From the NCBI GenBank assembly GCA_963716395.1, contig OY970309.1:3488001-3552000 (forward strand): 64,000 nucleotides of DNA, in the 5' to 3' direction. The notes below the pieces were generated by a model. The model was not told where the DNA came from. It made no database searches and was given only the letters and a program-made list of their open reading frames with translations. The position numbers and the translations under genes were made by a program. Of the stretch, positions 1 to 9,854 are shown piece by piece. Every line of letters begins with the position of its first letter. The stretch's first letter is position 1. Source of the stretch: an uncultured Fibrobacteria bacterium (GTDB lineage: Bacteria; Fibrobacterota; Fibrobacteria; UBA11236).

Positions 1-485
1 CTCACGTCGTCGGCGCCCAATCCGAAGGCGCGCAGTATCTCAATGGCCGCGGCGATCAAATCGGCTTCGGCGGCCACGGTGTCGCAACCCACCACGTCCA
101 TGTTCAACTGGAAAAATTCGCGCAACCGTCCGCGTTGCGCCCTTTCATAGCGGTACAGCCGCGGAAGGGAAAACCATTTCACGGGCTTGCGCAGGCTGGC
201 GCCCTTCTGGTTCACCATGCGCGCCAAGGTGGGCGTCAATTCGGGACGCAGGGCCAGATCGCGTCCGGCTTTGTCTTGAAAGTGGTACAGTTGTTCCGCG
301 ATTTCGGCGCCGGATTTTCCCACGTACAAATCGAGGTGTTCGAAGCTCGGCCCCTCATATTCCTCGTAGCCGAACGATCGGCACACGCGCCGCCATACCT
401 CGAAAATATGGTTTTGCACGCGCATATCTTCGGGGTAGAAATCCCGCGTGCCCTTGGGCGCCTGAATGCGATCCGATGTTTGCAT
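1..485 (-). CDS. hisS: Histidine--tRNA ligase, N-terminal part (runs off window start)
   Basis: Manual minus-strand translation from ATG at 485: MQTSDRIQAPKGTRDFYPE...GYEEYEGPSFEHLDLY..KSG.EI..QLYHFQDKAGRDLALRPELTPTLARM...RLREFFQLNMDVVG, the HisRS motifs. Absent from the ORF track because it has no stop in the window. Confidence 0.95.
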   Translation of the reverse strand, partial: MQTSDRIQAPKGTRDFYPEDMRVQNHIFEVWRRVCRSFGYEEYEGPSFEHLDLYVGKSGAEIAEQLYHFQDKAGRDLALRPELTPTLARMVNQKGASLRKPVKWFSLPRLYRYERAQRGRLREFFQLNMDVVGCDTVAAEADLIAAAIEILRAFGLGADDV

Positions 486-643
486 GCCATCCCTTGTTCA
501 GAGCGCGCCCAATTTAGAAAAGCCGCGAGCGGGCATTGCGGCGACAGCCTTGGAACCCCTGATTTTCTTGAGAAAAAGGCCGCTGCGAGCTACCTTTCAC
601 CCTTCGATGCAATCAGGAGATTCCGCGGTTTAATCCGGTCCGC

Positions 644-1432
644 ATGCGCGTTCTGCTCACCAACGACGACGGGGTCTTAAGCCCGGTTCTCTACCGGGTC
701 GCCGATGCCTTGAACGCAGAGCATACCGTGACGGTGGCGGCTCCGGCCACGGATCAAAGCGGCCAGTCGCATAGCTTCACCCACGGCCCCGACCAATTTC
801 TATTCCATCACCGGGACGCCTCGCGCGCCTATCCCGTCTATGAAATTGCCGGCACACCCAGCGATTGCATCAAATTCGCCGTGGCGCATCTGTTGCGCGA
901 CGAAATTCCCGAGTTGGTGGTATCGGGCATCAATCTCGGCGAGAACGCCGGCGTCAGCGCGATTTATTCCGGCACCGTGGCCGCGGCCCGCGAAGCCGCG
1001 CTATGGGGCATCCCGTCCCTGGCCGTGAGCGTGTCGGGTCTCGGCGACGACCATCTCGAATTCGCGCTCAATTGGCTGTGCGCCCTGTTGCGCCGCCCCG
1101 AATGCCTGCCGGCGCCGCAAACCCTGTGGAACATCAATTTCCCGGCCTGCCGGCCTGAGGAAGTAGTGGGCGCCGAGTTCACGGCCATGGGCACGGTCAT
1201 GTTCCGGGATCACTATGAAGAGGCGAGCACACCCCATGGTCTCCTGGGCCATAAACTGGTCGGCAACAAACCCGCGGCCCTGTTCGCGGTCGGCAGCGAC
1301 GACCATGCCCTGCACCGCCATTGCATCGCGGTGACGCCGCTGCAAATCGCGCAAACCGCCGTGGAACAACTGCAGGCGCTGCGACGCGGCGCCTGGCTGC
1401 CCAAACCCATCCCAACGCGCCCGGCCGGCTAG
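644..1432 (+). CDS. surE: 5'/3'-nucleotidase SurE
   Basis: [26 protein letters not shown] and [11 protein letters not shown] SurE motifs. Confidence 0.95.
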   Translation: MRVLLTNDDGVLSPVLYRVADALNAEHTVTVAAPATDQSGQSHSFTHGPDQFLFHHRDASRAYPVYEIAGTPSDCIKFAVAHLLRDEIPELVVSGINLGENAGVSAIYSGTVAAAREAALWGIPSLAVSVSGLGDDHLEFALNWLCALLRRPECLPAPQTLWNINFPACRPEEVVGAEFTAMGTVMFRDHYEEASTPHGLLGHKLVGNKPAALFAVGSDDHALHRHCIAVTPLQIAQTAVEQLQALRRGAWLPKPIPTRPAG

Positions 1433-1451
1433 GCGGGCGGGAGACCGCATT

Positions 1452-4025
1452 ATGGAAAACGAAGAACCTGCGGAAACCGGCAAGGTGGTCGAAGCCTTCA
1501 TCGAAGAGGAGATGAAGACCTCTTACCTGCGCTATTCCATGTCGGTGATCGTGGCGCGCGCCCTGCCCGATGTGCGCGACGGCCTCAAACCCGTGCATCG
1601 CCGTATTCTCTATGGGATGGAGAACATTTCCCTGTTCAGCGACCGGCCGTACAAGAAGTCGGCCAATATCGTGGGCGAAGTGATGGGCAAATACCATCCC
1701 CACGGCGACGCCGCCATTTACGAATCCATCGTGCGCATGGCCCAGGATTTTTCCATGCGCTACCCGCTCATCGACGGCCAGGGAAATTTCGGATCCATCG
1801 ACGGCGATCCGCCCGCGGCCATGCGCTATACCGAAGCGCGCATGCAGCACTTTGCGGAATTCATGCTCCAGGATCTGGAAAAAGAAACCGTCGATTTCGT
1901 GCCCAACTACGACACGTCGCTGGAAGAACCCGTGGTATTGCCTTCGGCCTTTCCCAATCTTTTGGTGAACGGCAGCACCGGCATCGCGGTGGGCATGGCC
2001 ACCAATATGCCGCCGCATAACCTGCGCGAAATCGTGAATGCCTGCGAAGCCATGATCCGCAATCCCGAATTGTCCGACGAGGAATTGCTGGCACAGGTCA
2101 GCGGGCCCGACTTCCCCACCGGCGGCATCATTCACGGCCGCAACGGTATCCGCGCCGCCTATCTCACCGGGCGCGGCCGCCTGTTGGTGCGGGCCCGCAG
2201 CGAGGTCGAAGAACACGGCGGACGCCACCGCATCGTCATCACCGAAATTCCCTACCAGGTCAACAAAACCACCTTGCTGGAAAAAATGGCCGCCCTCATC
2301 CGCGACAAGGTCGTCGAGGGCATTTCCGATTTGCGCGACGAAAGCGACCGCCGCGGCATGAGCATCGTCATCGAGCTCAAGAAAGACGCCTTTCCCGAAG
2401 TGGTGTTGAACACGCTGTACAAACACACCCAATTGCAGGAAACCTTCAGCATCCACAATCTGGCCCTGGTCAGAGGCCAACCGCGCACCCTGACCCTGCG
2501 CGAAATCATCCGGCATTTCCTCGATCACCGCCACGCCGTGGTTGAACGGCGCACGCGCTTCGATCTCAACAAGGCGCAGGATCGCGCCCACATTCTCGAA
2601 GGCCTGCGCATCGCCTTGGACCACATCGACGCCATCGTCCAACTCATCCGCCAAAGCGCCGATCCGGCCGCGGCGCGCACCGGGCTGATGGCCCAGTTCG
2701 GCCTCACCGAAAAGCAAGCCGACGCCATTCTCGAAATGCGCTTGCAGCGCCTCACCGGCCTGGAACGGGAGAAAATCGAGGCCGAGTACCAGGAGCTGAC
2801 CGTCACCATCGCCGATCTCCAGGACATCCTGGCCCGGCGCGAACGCCGCCTCGATCTCATTTCCTCCGAACTGCGCGCCATCGCCGAGAAGTACGGCGAC
2901 GCGCGGCGCACCGCGATTGAAGAAGCGGCCGACGACCTCACCTACCTCGATCTCATCGCCAACGAACCCATGGTGATCACGGTGTCGCATTCGGGGTACG
3001 TCAAGCGCATCGCGCCCGACGCTTACAAGCTGCAAGGGAGAGGCGGCAAAGGCATCTCGGGCGCCGGCCTCAAAGAAGAGGACTTCGTCGCGCACCTGTT
3101 TATCGCCTGGGCGCACAGCTATATCCTGGTATTCACCAATCTGGGCCGCTGCCATTGGTTGCGGGTGTACGAAATTCCCGAAGCCGCGCGCACGGCCAAG
3201 GGCAAAGCCCTGGTGAACCTGGTGAACTTTCAGGCCGGCGAACAGATCTCGGCCTTCGTGCCCGTGCGCTCCTTCGAGGACGCCCGCTCCCTGGTTTTGT
3301 GCACCGAGCGCGGCATCATCAACAAGATGGCGCTGGGTGCCTTCTCGCGTCCCCGCTCGGCGGGCATCAACGCCATCCACCTCGACGATGGGGATCAGTT
3401 GGAACAGGTGGCGTTGGCCTCGGAAAAAGACGACGTAATGATTGGCACCCGCCAAGGCCAAGCCATCCGTTTCGCCATGGACAAATTCCGCTTGACCGGC
3501 CGCGGCACCCGCGGCGTCCGCGGCATCACCCTCGACGATGGCGACGCCGTGATCGGCATGATCGTGCTTGAACCCGGCATTCATGTGCTCACCATCACCG
3601 AAAAGGGGTACGGCAAACGCAGCGATCCCGACGAATACCGCATCACCGGTCGCGGCGGCAAAGGCGTGCGCAATTTCAAAGTGGGTGACAAGGTCGGGGC
3701 CGCCATGTGCCTGGCTTCGGTGCGCGATGATCAGGAAATTCTCGTCATCACCCGGTTGGGTAACATCATTCGTTTACAGGTTTCCGACATCAGCCTGATC
3801 GGCCGCGACACCCAGGGTGTGCGGGTCATCCGCCTCGACGCTGACGACAGCGTGACGGCCGTGGCCATCGTGGAAAAAGAAGACGTCGATCCGGTCATGC
3901 TCGAATCGGCCGAAACCGCCCGGGCCCAAAGCGCCGCCGATGCCGGTCCGGCCGCAGGTGAAGGCCCGGAACTGGATTCCGAAAATGACGAAACCATCGC
4001 CCCCGACGAAGGCGGCGAAGCGTAA
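1452..4025 (+). CDS. gyrA: DNA gyrase subunit A
   Basis: [29 protein letters not shown] (catalytic Tyr), GyrA-box QGRGGKG, C-terminal beta-pinwheel repeats and acidic tail. Confidence 0.97.
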   Translation: MENEEPAETGKVVEAFIEEEMKTSYLRYSMSVIVARALPDVRDGLKPVHRRILYGMENISLFSDRPYKKSANIVGEVMGKYHPHGDAAIYESIVRMAQDFSMRYPLIDGQGNFGSIDGDPPAAMRYTEARMQHFAEFMLQDLEKETVDFVPNYDTSLEEPVVLPSAFPNLLVNGSTGIAVGMATNMPPHNLREIVNACEAMIRNPELSDEELLAQVSGPDFPTGGIIHGRNGIRAAYLTGRGRLLVRARSEVEEHGGRHRIVITEIPYQVNKTTLLEKMAALIRDKVVEGISDLRDESDRRGMSIVIELKKDAFPEVVLNTLYKHTQLQETFSIHNLALVRGQPRTLTLREIIRHFLDHRHAVVERRTRFDLNKAQDRAHILEGLRIALDHIDAIVQLIRQSADPAAARTGLMAQFGLTEKQADAILEMRLQRLTGLEREKIEAEYQELTVTIADLQDILARRERRLDLISSELRAIAEKYGDARRTAIEEAADDLTYLDLIANEPMVITVSHSGYVKRIAPDAYKLQGRGGKGISGAGLKEEDFVAHLFIAWAHSYILVFTNLGRCHWLRVYEIPEAARTAKGKALVNLVNFQAGEQISAFVPVRSFEDARSLVLCTERGIINKMALGAFSRPRSAGINAIHLDDGDQLEQVALASEKDDVMIGTRQGQAIRFAMDKFRLTGRGTRGVRGITLDDGDAVIGMIVLEPGIHVLTITEKGYGKRSDPDEYRITGRGGKGVRNFKVGDKVGAAMCLASVRDDQEILVITRLGNIIRLQVSDISLIGRDTQGVRVIRLDADDSVTAVAIVEKEDVDPVMLESAETARAQSAADAGPAAGEGPELDSENDETIAPDEGGEA

Positions 4026-4035
4026 AACCTCGACG

Positions 4036-5025
4036 ATGAGCCGCATTCCCGCTCTCGGGTGGATCGCGTTTGCGGCTTGGGCCGCCTGCGCGGATCCCGT
4101 GGCCTTGACATTCCCCGACACTTCCCATCTGCACGGTTTCCGGGCATTGGACCGCGAAGCAAATGCGGCGCTGTTCGCGCAGGCTCGGGGTCGCGACACT
4201 CTCTTTCTGCGGCTGGAGTGGAAGGGATCGCAGCCCTGGGCCCTCACCTATGCGCAGAACCAGGAATTCGACGAGAATTGGATTCTGCAACGCCTCGCCG
4301 ACGTCGCCCCGGAAACCGCCCCCAATCCCCTGCCCGACCCCGCGCCGGAATCGCCGGAGGCCACGCTGTACCCCGGGCTCAAGCAGGAATGGCTGCTGCG
4401 CGGCATGCGCACCACGGGCTGGATGGGGACGGGCGTGCACGGGATGCGTTTCTTCGTGGTCTTCCGGGCCGCTTCACCGGCCGTGGTCGACTCGGGTACG
4501 GTGAACCTGCAATTACGTCCGGCGCTCGCGGCGCGCCTCGACACGGCGGCCGGCTGGCTGGCCGCGCCTTGCTCCGACCGCTCGCCCGGGAAACACCGAT
4601 GTTACCGCCCGCGCGACCACGGACATTTTCTGGTCGAGGTCACGGACGGACCGCCGCCGCGCATCGCGCTGACCTTCGAAGAGGGCGATCCCCTGACCGA
4701 CGTGCGCTCGGCGGCCGAGACTTTGCCCGACGAGCAATGGCCCGACTATGCCAAGGACCTGTCTTCGCTGTTGCACGGAGAAGCCGTGCGCATGCTGTCG
4801 CAGGCCGCGGGCCTGGCGCCGGTTTTCACGTGGCCGGCCTGGAAAATCCTCGATTGGAAAGGGGGCGTGGTCCCGCCCGCGACCTACCTCGCGGCCTGGC
4901 GCGCCACGCACCGGCTTTCCGATCCTTTGCCGGCCTTACGCTACCGGGATCACGGATTGCAAGTCGACGTGGATCTGTACCTGGGCGGAAGCTGCCGCAT
5001 CACCGTCCAGGCCGTCGGCTCCTGA
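4036..5025 (+). CDS. Hypothetical exported protein
   Basis: ATG 10 nt after gyrA stop; signal-peptide-like MSRIPALGWIAFAAWAACA; no recognisable domain. Confidence 0.6.
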   Translation: MSRIPALGWIAFAAWAACADPVALTFPDTSHLHGFRALDREANAALFAQARGRDTLFLRLEWKGSQPWALTYAQNQEFDENWILQRLADVAPETAPNPLPDPAPESPEATLYPGLKQEWLLRGMRTTGWMGTGVHGMRFFVVFRAASPAVVDSGTVNLQLRPALAARLDTAAGWLAAPCSDRSPGKHRCYRPRDHGHFLVEVTDGPPPRIALTFEEGDPLTDVRSAAETLPDEQWPDYAKDLSSLLHGEAVRMLSQAAGLAPVFTWPAWKILDWKGGVVPPATYLAAWRATHRLSDPLPALRYRDHGLQVDVDLYLGGSCRITVQAVGS

Positions 5026-5048
5026 TCCGGCGCCGCACCGCGCGCGAA

Positions 5049-6458
5049 TCAGCGCATGTAGGTGGGAACACGCGTCTTGTCGCCGCCGCTTTTGACGTAC
5101 TTCGCGAAGTAAATCCGGGCTTCGTCGGGCTTGCTCAATTTCAAGAGCGACATGGCCAAATCGAAATACGGCTCGACCACGTCAAAGCAATACAAGGCCA
5201 CATTGCGGCCGTAATGCACGATTTCACGATCGTCGTTGCGCAGCTTGGCATAGCGCATGGCCAGCAAACCAGCATCGCAGCTCATGGGGTCGGCGGCGAT
5301 CACGGCCGCGATTTGCGCTCCCAGCCCGCTGGTGTCGTCGTCGACCAATTCATCCCACAGGGCCAGGAGCACAGCCGGGCGGCCCGGATAATCCCGGTAC
5401 AGGCCGCGGTAGAGTTCATGGGCCTGCTTTTCGTAGCCGCGCAGGTTCAACTGATTCGCGAGGAATTCCTTCTGCGCCAGGGACGTATCCTGCTCCTTGA
5501 TATCGCCCCACAACTGATTGGCTTTAAACCCGTTGCCCGTCACCGAGTAATGCTTGTACAGTTCGGCCGTGGCCACCAGCCGGAATTGGGGCCAGGTCGA
5601 CGCCAGGGCGTTCTGGAATTCCCGATCGGCCTGTTCCACCCTATCATGGGCCGCGGCTTCTTCGGCGGCGACGAAGCTTTGCTCAGGAGCCGTGGCCGCG
5701 GCGCCGGCGGCCTCGAGCCAGGCTTGCGCCGCGCTGAACTCACCCAACAGGGAAAGATCCAAGGCGGCCAGTACCTTGACCGACGGAGCCTGGCAGCGGC
5801 GGGCGGCATTTTGCACGGCATCGGTATGTAACGACTTCCCCAGGTAAAAAGCCGAGAGCAAAAGCCAGTGCGCCGCGGCGGTGTCCAAATCGCCGGCATA
5901 GGGCGCGAGGATATCACGGCAGTCGGGGTAACGCCCAAGATTGTAAGCCAGTTCGGCGGCGCGCCGCACTTCGGGCGTGAACCCCTTGCGATGCGCGGAA
6001 TAAAGCCGTAGCGCCGCTTCGGCGGCCTGAAAATGCTTTTCCGCTTCCAGGTCTTTTTCCAGTTCTGCGAAGGTTTCGCTGTCGACTCGCCCCAGGTTGG
6101 GAAACAGATACGGCAGGCTGCTCTCCACCTTGCCGGCGTTCAGCCACATCAGGCCGATGCGCACGATGACGTCGGCCGAATTCTTGCTTAGGCGGATGGC
6201 TTCGTCGAAATAGCCCTTGGCCAAATCATCCTGATCAGTTTTCAATTCGAATTGGGCGAGGTCGAGCCAATGACTGGGATTATCGGGGTTTTGCTGAACC
6301 AAGCGCTGGAGCGAATCTTCGAGGTCTGCGTGGCGACTCTCCTTCGCACCCGGGGCGGTCGCGCAGAAAAGGCATAAAACCAGAATGAAGCCGCAACGCC
6401 TCGGGCCGAACGCACCGCCGAACCATCCGTATGCCAGCTTTTTCACAATCTGCCTCAC
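5049..6458 (-). CDS. Tetratricopeptide-repeat exported protein
   Basis: Hydrophobic N-terminal segment, then TPR-like helices (WLDLAQFEL..A..YFDEAIRL; YFDLAMSLLKL..PDEARIYFAKY); start uncertain. Confidence 0.75.
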   Translation of the reverse strand: MRQIVKKLAYGWFGGAFGPRRCGFILVLCLFCATAPGAKESRHADLEDSLQRLVQQNPDNPSHWLDLAQFELKTDQDDLAKGYFDEAIRLSKNSADVIVRIGLMWLNAGKVESSLPYLFPNLGRVDSETFAELEKDLEAEKHFQAAEAALRLYSAHRKGFTPEVRRAAELAYNLGRYPDCRDILAPYAGDLDTAAAHWLLLSAFYLGKSLHTDAVQNAARRCQAPSVKVLAALDLSLLGEFSAAQAWLEAAGAAATAPEQSFVAAEEAAAHDRVEQADREFQNALASTWPQFRLVATAELYKHYSVTGNGFKANQLWGDIKEQDTSLAQKEFLANQLNLRGYEKQAHELYRGLYRDYPGRPAVLLALWDELVDDDTSGLGAQIAAVIAADPMSCDAGLLAMRYAKLRNDDREIVHYGRNVALYCFDVVEPYFDLAMSLLKLSKPDEARIYFAKYVKSGGDKTRVPTYMR

Positions 6459-6475
6459 AATATATCTTCGGCGCC

Positions 6476-6610
6476 GAACCCAGTTGAGGCCATGGAGCCA
6501 GGCGTCGAATGACTTACGCGAGGAAGGTTTCGCCTCATCGGAAGCTTCGCGCGATTTGAGGACAGCTGTGTCCCGGGCATGGCCTGAAGGCGAGGGTCAC
6601 ATCTGGGTAG
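6476..6610 (+). ncRNA. Putative 6S-like structured RNA
   Basis: Intergenic long hairpin: ACCCAG(6478-83)/CTGGGT(6603-08), AGGCCATG(6487-94)/CATGGCCT(6578-85), central bubble, inner stem CGCGA(6517-21)/TCGCG(6547-51). TATCTT -10-like box at 6463-68 just upstream. Strand not certain. Confidence 0.45.
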
Positions 6611-6629
6611 AGGAAAACCGCCCGTATAG

Positions 6630-7232
6630 TCAAACGTCGGAATAATTCGCGGGGAACATACGGCGTTCCACATTTTCGATCAGGATATGCAAGGCGGTCA
6701 TGTGCACCTCCTGCACGCGTTCGGTGGAAGATGATTTCACCCAGATTTCCTCATCGCCGCGTCCGCGCAACTCCCCGCCTTCTTTTCCCAGCAAGAGGTA
6801 AACGGCAAGACCGCGGCGTTTGGCCGCCTCCACGGCGCGCACCACATTGGCGGAATGGCCGCTGGTGGAAATCGCCACCAGCACATCGCCGGCGCGGCCA
6901 TAGGCTTCGACGCCGCGCGCAAAAATCTGCTCGAAGCCGTAATCGTTGGCCACGCAGGTCACATGCGCGGATTCCAGCAGAGGAATCACCGGCAAGGCGG
7001 CGCGATCGCGGCGGAAGCGGCCGGTAAATTCTTCGGCGAAATGCAGGGCATCGCAGGCCGAACCGCCATTGCCGCAAACCAGCACCTGGCCGCCCCGGCC
7101 GAAACATTGCGCCAGCCCTTCGGCCATACGCGCGATGACGCCGACATTCGCGCCGTCGGCGGCAAAAGCCGCCAAAACGCTTTGCGCTTCGGACCAAGCC
7201 GCTTTAATGCTGTGGTGAAAATCGACCGCCAT
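6630..7232 (-). CDS. gmhA: Phosphoheptose isomerase (SIS domain)
   Basis: CGNGGSACDALHFAEEFTGRF, ANDYGFEQIFAR, ISTSGHSANV, VQEVH; AAAGGGGA SD before ATG 7232. Confidence 0.93.
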   Translation of the reverse strand: MAVDFHHSIKAAWSEAQSVLAAFAADGANVGVIARMAEGLAQCFGRGGQVLVCGNGGSACDALHFAEEFTGRFRRDRAALPVIPLLESAHVTCVANDYGFEQIFARGVEAYGRAGDVLVAISTSGHSANVVRAVEAAKRRGLAVYLLLGKEGGELRGRGDEEIWVKSSSTERVQEVHMTALHILIENVERRMFPANYSDV

Positions 7233-7425
7233 GTGCATCCCCTTTTGGAATTGCAGAAAACAGGAACAGGATTGCAGCCCGGAGAGCAAGATAAAAAGAG
7301 CCGTTCGGCTCCGTTCGGCGGCCGCCGCGAAAAGACACGGCCCGGCCTATGCATGACTGTTGCCCGGAGTTTGACTTAGTTTTTGAGACCGGGGATGGTA
7401 TGGAAAAAATGGACGCGAAGGTGGC

Positions 7426-8697
7426 ATGAGCGCTGCAGGTGATCTCCGCCCCGGCGATGTGGTGGCGGATCGGTATGTGGTCGAAGCCCGGCTGGGCCAA
7501 TCTCCCGCGGCCAGCAGCTATCTCGCCGACGAAAATCACAGCCGTCAAAAGCTGATCCTGAAAGTCTACCGGCCGGAAATCGCGGCCAGCGCTCTTTCCA
7601 TCCTTTCGGATTTCATCCTGCGCGCCGGCGCATGGCCGGCTTTGAACCACGACAATCTCGCCGCGATCTACGACGTGCAGGAGTGGGAAGGACGGGTCTT
7701 CCTGGCCCGCGAGTTTTTGGAAGGTCCCGACTTCGGAGAATGGGCCAGTAACCCGCAGGTTTCTCCCGCCAAAGGCCTGGAATCGATTTGGCAGGCGGCG
7801 CAAGGCCTGGCCTTTCTGCATGAAAACGCGCTGCATTTGAATGTGCATCCCGGCAACGTCCTGGTGGGCGGATTCACGGCCAAACTTTCCGATCCCGATC
7901 CGCGCTTCCTGACGACCAGCGATTTGATTCCGCAGCCCTTGCCCGTGCCGCCGCAATACCGTGGTTATGTAGCTCCGGAAATGCGCCGCGGGGGAAGTCT
8001 GGCCTTTCCGGCCACGGATTTGTACGGGCTGGCCGGCCTGCTTTTTCTGTTGCTGACCGGATCGCATCCGACCGAAAACCCGTCGGACCTCCGCCGGAGG
8101 CTGGGTGCGGGTATGCCGCGCGAAGCCGCCGACTTTCTGGCCAAAACCCTGCACCCCGATCCCGAGCAACGCTATCCCGACGCCGCCACCTTCGCCGATG
8201 CGCTGTGGGCCCTACAGCCGTTCTTGCCCGCCCGCTCCGAGCCTACGCCGGCTTCCGGCACTCTGTTCGGTCAAACCACCTCCCCGCTGCGCAAAACCGA
8301 AATCATGCCGCCGGCCGTTTCGGCGTCGGCCACCCTGTTCGGCGACCCCCCGGAAGCGGCTTTCGTCGAACCCAAAGCCGTGACGCCTTCCAAACCTTCG
8401 GTGCGCGCGCCGCTATCCAGTTTGGAATCTCCGCCGGAGGTTGGCTCGACCTTGTTCGGGGGCGCGGCGCTCGCACCCGAGCCGGTGAAACGCCACAAGC
8501 CCGCTCCCACACCGCCGTTGACGGCCTTATCGGGCAACCACACTTTGTTTCCCGCGGCGCCCAAGGCTCCTCCGGTGCCGCCGCTCCGGCCTTCCGCGGC
8601 GATGCCTTCGCCTTCGCCCCGCGCGGCGGCCAGCCTTTCCAGCCTGGAAATGGATTCGGCCGATTTGACTTTGAGCGGCGCAGGATCCCGGGAATGA
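7426..8697 (+). CDS. Ser/Thr protein-kinase-fold protein (probable pseudokinase) with Pro-rich tail
   Basis: Hanks-type fold (RYVVEARLG, LILK, LNHDNLAAIYDV, YVAPE, TDLYGL, DPEQRY) but catalytic loop HLNVHPGN and DPD in place of DFG. Confidence 0.8.
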   Translation: MSAAGDLRPGDVVADRYVVEARLGQSPAASSYLADENHSRQKLILKVYRPEIAASALSILSDFILRAGAWPALNHDNLAAIYDVQEWEGRVFLAREFLEGPDFGEWASNPQVSPAKGLESIWQAAQGLAFLHENALHLNVHPGNVLVGGFTAKLSDPDPRFLTTSDLIPQPLPVPPQYRGYVAPEMRRGGSLAFPATDLYGLAGLLFLLLTGSHPTENPSDLRRRLGAGMPREAADFLAKTLHPDPEQRYPDAATFADALWALQPFLPARSEPTPASGTLFGQTTSPLRKTEIMPPAVSASATLFGDPPEAAFVEPKAVTPSKPSVRAPLSSLESPPEVGSTLFGGAALAPEPVKRHKPAPTPPLTALSGNHTLFPAAPKAPPVPPLRPSAAMPSPSPRAAASLSSLEMDSADLTLSGAGSRE

Positions 8698-9437
8698 CGC
8701 GCTACGGCTTCAAAGGCGCCGATTCCAATCAAACCTTGGCCCTCGAGGCCGAACGACGACGACGCGGCCGACGCGTGCTGTGGCTGGCCATGATCGTAGC
8801 GGCACTGGTGCTTTTCGCCTTGGCCGGACTGCTCGTGGTGCTCAAAACCTCGGCCAAGAAAAGCGCCGCCACTTCGGTGGAAGAGTTGCCCGGCGCCAAG
8901 TTGGAAACGCCCATGTCCGCGCCGGTGCCTGCGACCTCAACTTCGGCTCCAACTCAGTCCCCGACCCCGACGCCGGAACCCGCGCAGGCTTCCCCGCCGC
9001 CTCCCGCCGCGGTGGCTCCGACGTCGGCTCCCGAACCCGCAGCTCCGGCCGTGGATGCGAATCCGTCGCCGGCTTCGGAAACAAAACCGGCGACGGCCTC
9101 AACGCCTGTCAATGGCCAGCGCGTCAAACCACCCGTGGCAGAGCTAGTGCGCATCGTGAAATCGCAAAATTGGCCGACCGGGGCCGACGATTGTCTGCAA
9201 CTCGCGGACGATCTCAATGATTACGGACGTACCGCCGAGGCCAATGCCGCCTACTCCCAGGCCTTGACGCTGGCCGGTTCCAATCAGGAACCGCGCATCC
9301 GCGCCTTGGGCGGATTGGCCGTAACCTTCGAGAAAATGGGAATGCGCGAAGAAGCGCGCAACGCGGTGGATCAATTGCTCGTCTTGCAGCCGAACAACCG
9401 TTTCGCCAAGAGTTTAAAGGCCCGTTTGTCCCGTTGA
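8694..9437 (+). CDS. Membrane-anchored Pro-rich/TPR protein (may be the C-terminal half of the upstream kinase)
   Basis: ATGA overlap with kinase stop; RRRRGRR + TM helix, Pro/Ala/Thr linker, C-terminal TPR (ALGGLAVTFEKMG..EEA...LQPNNRFA). Confidence 0.7.
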   Translation: MTRYGFKGADSNQTLALEAERRRRGRRVLWLAMIVAALVLFALAGLLVVLKTSAKKSAATSVEELPGAKLETPMSAPVPATSTSAPTQSPTPTPEPAQASPPPPAAVAPTSAPEPAAPAVDANPSPASETKPATASTPVNGQRVKPPVAELVRIVKSQNWPTGADDCLQLADDLNDYGRTAEANAAYSQALTLAGSNQEPRIRALGGLAVTFEKMGMREEARNAVDQLLVLQPNNRFAKSLKARLSR

Positions 9438-9854
9438 CGGCGCCATCATCTCGGGCCACCACACCGGCAATTCGAGTTCTCCGGCGTGGGCCGGGTGCAA
9501 AACGCTGACAGCCAGCACGGGCGGCGATGTTCTCCCGCCCGCCGGCGACGACAAGACTTCGATTCCCAGCCGCGCGACGGCATCGATGCCGGCGGTGAAC
9601 AAGGCGTCGGGCAAACCCAGATGCAAATCCCAACCCGAATCGGATCGCTGCCATGCGGCCCGCCAGGTGGAGCCGTCGAAATCGTCCGTAAGCCCGTCCG
9701 CGGCCACCTCGATGCGGCCGGCTTCATAGGCGCCGGAAAACCGCACCAAGGAAAGGATTAACCCTTGGAGACGCGGAGGTTGTGACGCGGCACCCGCTTC
9801 CACCGGCACCGCCAACCGCACCGCATGGCTGCCGGGGAGCACTTCGGCGTTCAT
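9414..9854 (-). CDS. Hypothetical protein
   Basis: ATGA overlap with upstream ORF; plausible beta-rich composition; no known motif. Confidence 0.5.
   Translation of the reverse strand: MNAEVLPGSHAVRLAVPVEAGAASQPPRLQGLILSLVRFSGAYEAGRIEVAADGLTDDFDGSTWRAAWQRSDSGWDLHLGLPDALFTAGIDAVARLGIEVLSSPAGGRTSPPVLAVSVLHPAHAGELELPVWWPEMMAPSTGQTGL

Noticed and set aside
236-490. Apparent frameshift or short ORF at the hisS start
   Set aside because: hisS reads through in a different frame from ATG 485; the 84-aa ORF is an overlapping artefact
1197-3584. 795-aa antisense ORF over gyrA, and similar long shadow ORFs opposite zwf, pyc, prc and carA
   Set aside because: Expected stop-poor antisense frames of high-GC genes; no motifs
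6525-6545. Hammerhead-like core CCGATGAG-G-CGAAAC on the minus strand
   Set aside because: CUGA is CCGA, stem II is absent and stem III does not pair; better explained as the apex of the 6S-like hairpin
7293-7312. Hairpin plus T-run upstream of gmhA as an attenuator
   Set aside because: Stem is only about 5 bp, with no leader peptide or aptamer; too weak to call
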